This document shows positions 62,628 through 64,000 of a stretch of 64,000 nucleotides of DNA, piece after piece. Position 1 is the first letter of the stretch. Every line of letters starts with the position of its first letter. The stretch lies in the NCBI GenBank assembly GCA_958295775.1, contig CATQHC010000002.1:889830-953829 (forward strand), given 5' to 3'. Source of the stretch: Chloroflexota bacterium. Its GTDB lineage: Bacteria > Chloroflexota > UBA11872 > VXOZ01. Under the pieces are notes generated by a model. It was not told the DNA's origin and made no database searches. It was given only the letters and a program-made list of their open reading frames with translations. The translations under genes and the position numbers were made by a program.

Positions 62628-63102
62628 TGGTTCTTCCTCTTATTCCTATCTAGTTGGTCAAAAGACGGTGTTGCTTCTATCGTAAACCATTGGGGCGCGT
62701 CTGCAAAACTGAGGCGCCCGAGCTTGAATTGGCACATCGGGTCTTGGAGAAAGCCCACGAAACGTCCCGGCTCCGAGTGTGATCCACGATCACGAATGCC
62801 TTAAACTCTCCTACGGTAATGTTCACTTCCATGGTGGGACTTGGTTTGTGCGCTTTGTGCCCTGGGCCCGCAGTTCCTGGCTGGAGTCAGTGCGAGAGGG
62901 ATGAATGCAATTCGTGGCAATGACGAATTCTTGGGTTCTGAATCTCTTGCCACAAGAGAGGGTTGGCTGTGCAAGTGGAGGGAGGACCCATCCATGCAGA
63001 AACCCCCAATTCAAGGGGTGAAGTCACGCCAATTCAAGCACTAGGTTTGGGCCGGACTGCCAGTTTCGGTGGAGTTGCAGCAGCCTGGCGTTCGTTTCGC
63101 AG

Positions 63103-63999
63103 CTATGCAGTTCCCACGACCCAGCGTGCCCGCCAGGGGGTGAAGTGGCTCCAAAACTCATCGAAGCGGACGTTATTTCCCTCCACCACCACACGCTGAA
63201 TGCCGGTTTCAATGCCTGTAGCTGCCCATTCCACTTGCACGCGTACGCCCCGCGCGAGGCTGGGATCCGGTCTGTCCGGCAGAGGCGGTCCGGGAGCAAC
63301 GACATTTCTTTCAATTACCGGCAGCATTTCCACAGCGCGATGGAGTTTCTTGCTGTGCAAGGTGATCTTGAGTTTCATGGCCAGTTCATCAACGTGGGCT
63401 CGAATCAGAATGGGATGATTAGTATCGTTGACAAATTTGAGGTCAAGACCCGGGTTGAAGATAGCAGCATCGAAGCCAGGCGGGCTCCCGTCCTGTTCGT
63501 AGTAGCTGACGCGATACGAGTGCTGGTGCCGTTCCGTAATCGGCAGTCCTGCCCAAAAAGCGGCGCGAAACAATGTTGTAGATACTTGGCAGACACCCCC
63601 GCCAATGCCCCAGATAGTGCGATCGCCGAAAATCACCAGACTTGATCGGTAGCCGTTGCCATATCCTATCGGGCCAAGCGTCTCAAGGAATGAGAAAGTC
63701 TCATTTGGTTGTATCACGCTGCCATGCAGTATCGACGCTGCCACGGCAATGTTGTGAATGCGATGATCGGGTGAGCCGGTGAAATTCGATGTGCCTTCGG
63801 CAATAAGGTGGCTGTAGCGATTATCCTCCAGAGACTTGCTGCCGTCGACGGGGTGGGGCCGCTCGTAACTCATGTGCGGAATTCTTGCTTCAAGCGGCAG
63901 GAGATTGAACTCCTTCAAGAGGTCGCCGCCCAGGACGACGGTGATGTCGCCGTTATCGGCAATCCCGGGAACGTCCTCCGTCCAGTATTGCAGCGCGAT
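63103..63999 (-). CDS. VanW family protein, 5'-truncated by the window edge
   Basis: R.HNI, P.ETFSF, GGGVCQVSTTLFRA, ER..HSY, DLKF.NDT; the frame is open to the window end. Confidence 0.9.
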   Translation of the reverse strand: MALQYWTEDVPGIADNGDITVVLGGDLLKEFNLLPLEARIPHMSYERPHPVDGSKSLEDNRYSHLIAEGTSNFTGSPDHRIHNIAVAASILHGSVIQPNETFSFLETLGPIGYGNGYRSSLVIFGDRTIWGIGGGVCQVSTTLFRAAFWAGLPITERHQHSYRVSYYEQDGSPPGFDAAIFNPGLDLKFVNDTNHPILIRAHVDELAMKLKITLHSKKLHRAVEMLPVIERNVVAPGPPLPDRPDPSLARGVRVQVEWAATGIETGIQRVVVEGNNVRFDEFWSHFTPWRARWVVGTA

Positions 64000-64000
64000 C

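Noticed and set aside
62936..63070. CTGAATC...GGGGTGAA resembling a c-di-AMP (ydaO) riboswitch
   Set aside because: It is on the strand opposite the flanking genes and lacks the 3' CCGTCAGCTAAC-type motif.

Overview
This is a GC-rich bacterial chromosomal window. The gene content and cell-surface modules suggest Chloroflexota, but that is an inference. From left to right: the 3' part of a type I R-M HsdR; accessory lipoprotein, scramblase, methyltransferase and VOC genes; tpiA and iscS; a SAM-recycling operon (mtnA, mtnP, PfkB kinase, ahcY, metK); a flippase-like gene converging on an ArsR-ino1-acyltransferase-PHP-GT4-CDP-alcohol phosphatidyltransferase operon that mirrors actinobacterial phosphatidylinositol mannoside (PIM) biosynthesis; a small gene/aspartic protease pair; a GT4-TagA-ribokinase-split HldE-ndk cluster; a catabolic block (sulfatase-fold enzyme with Thr at the catalytic position, hydantoinase B/A, FAD oxidoreductase, Tat solute-binding protein, NIF3, C45 hydrolase); a 63-aa double-glycine-leader peptide gene followed by a complete three-gene NHLP-type export system with no recognisable maturase, next to tRNA-Asn; argH, an ArgE-like M20 enzyme and a CPA2-CBS antiporter; a Gfo/EamA/ADP-ribosylglycohydrolase operon; and two secreted proteins sharing one N-terminal module. 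The top candidates for novelty are the maturase-free acidic peptide export locus, the PIM-like lipid operon with an embedded PHP phosphatase, and the Thr-type sulfatase. All calls come from reading motifs by eye; no database searches were run.
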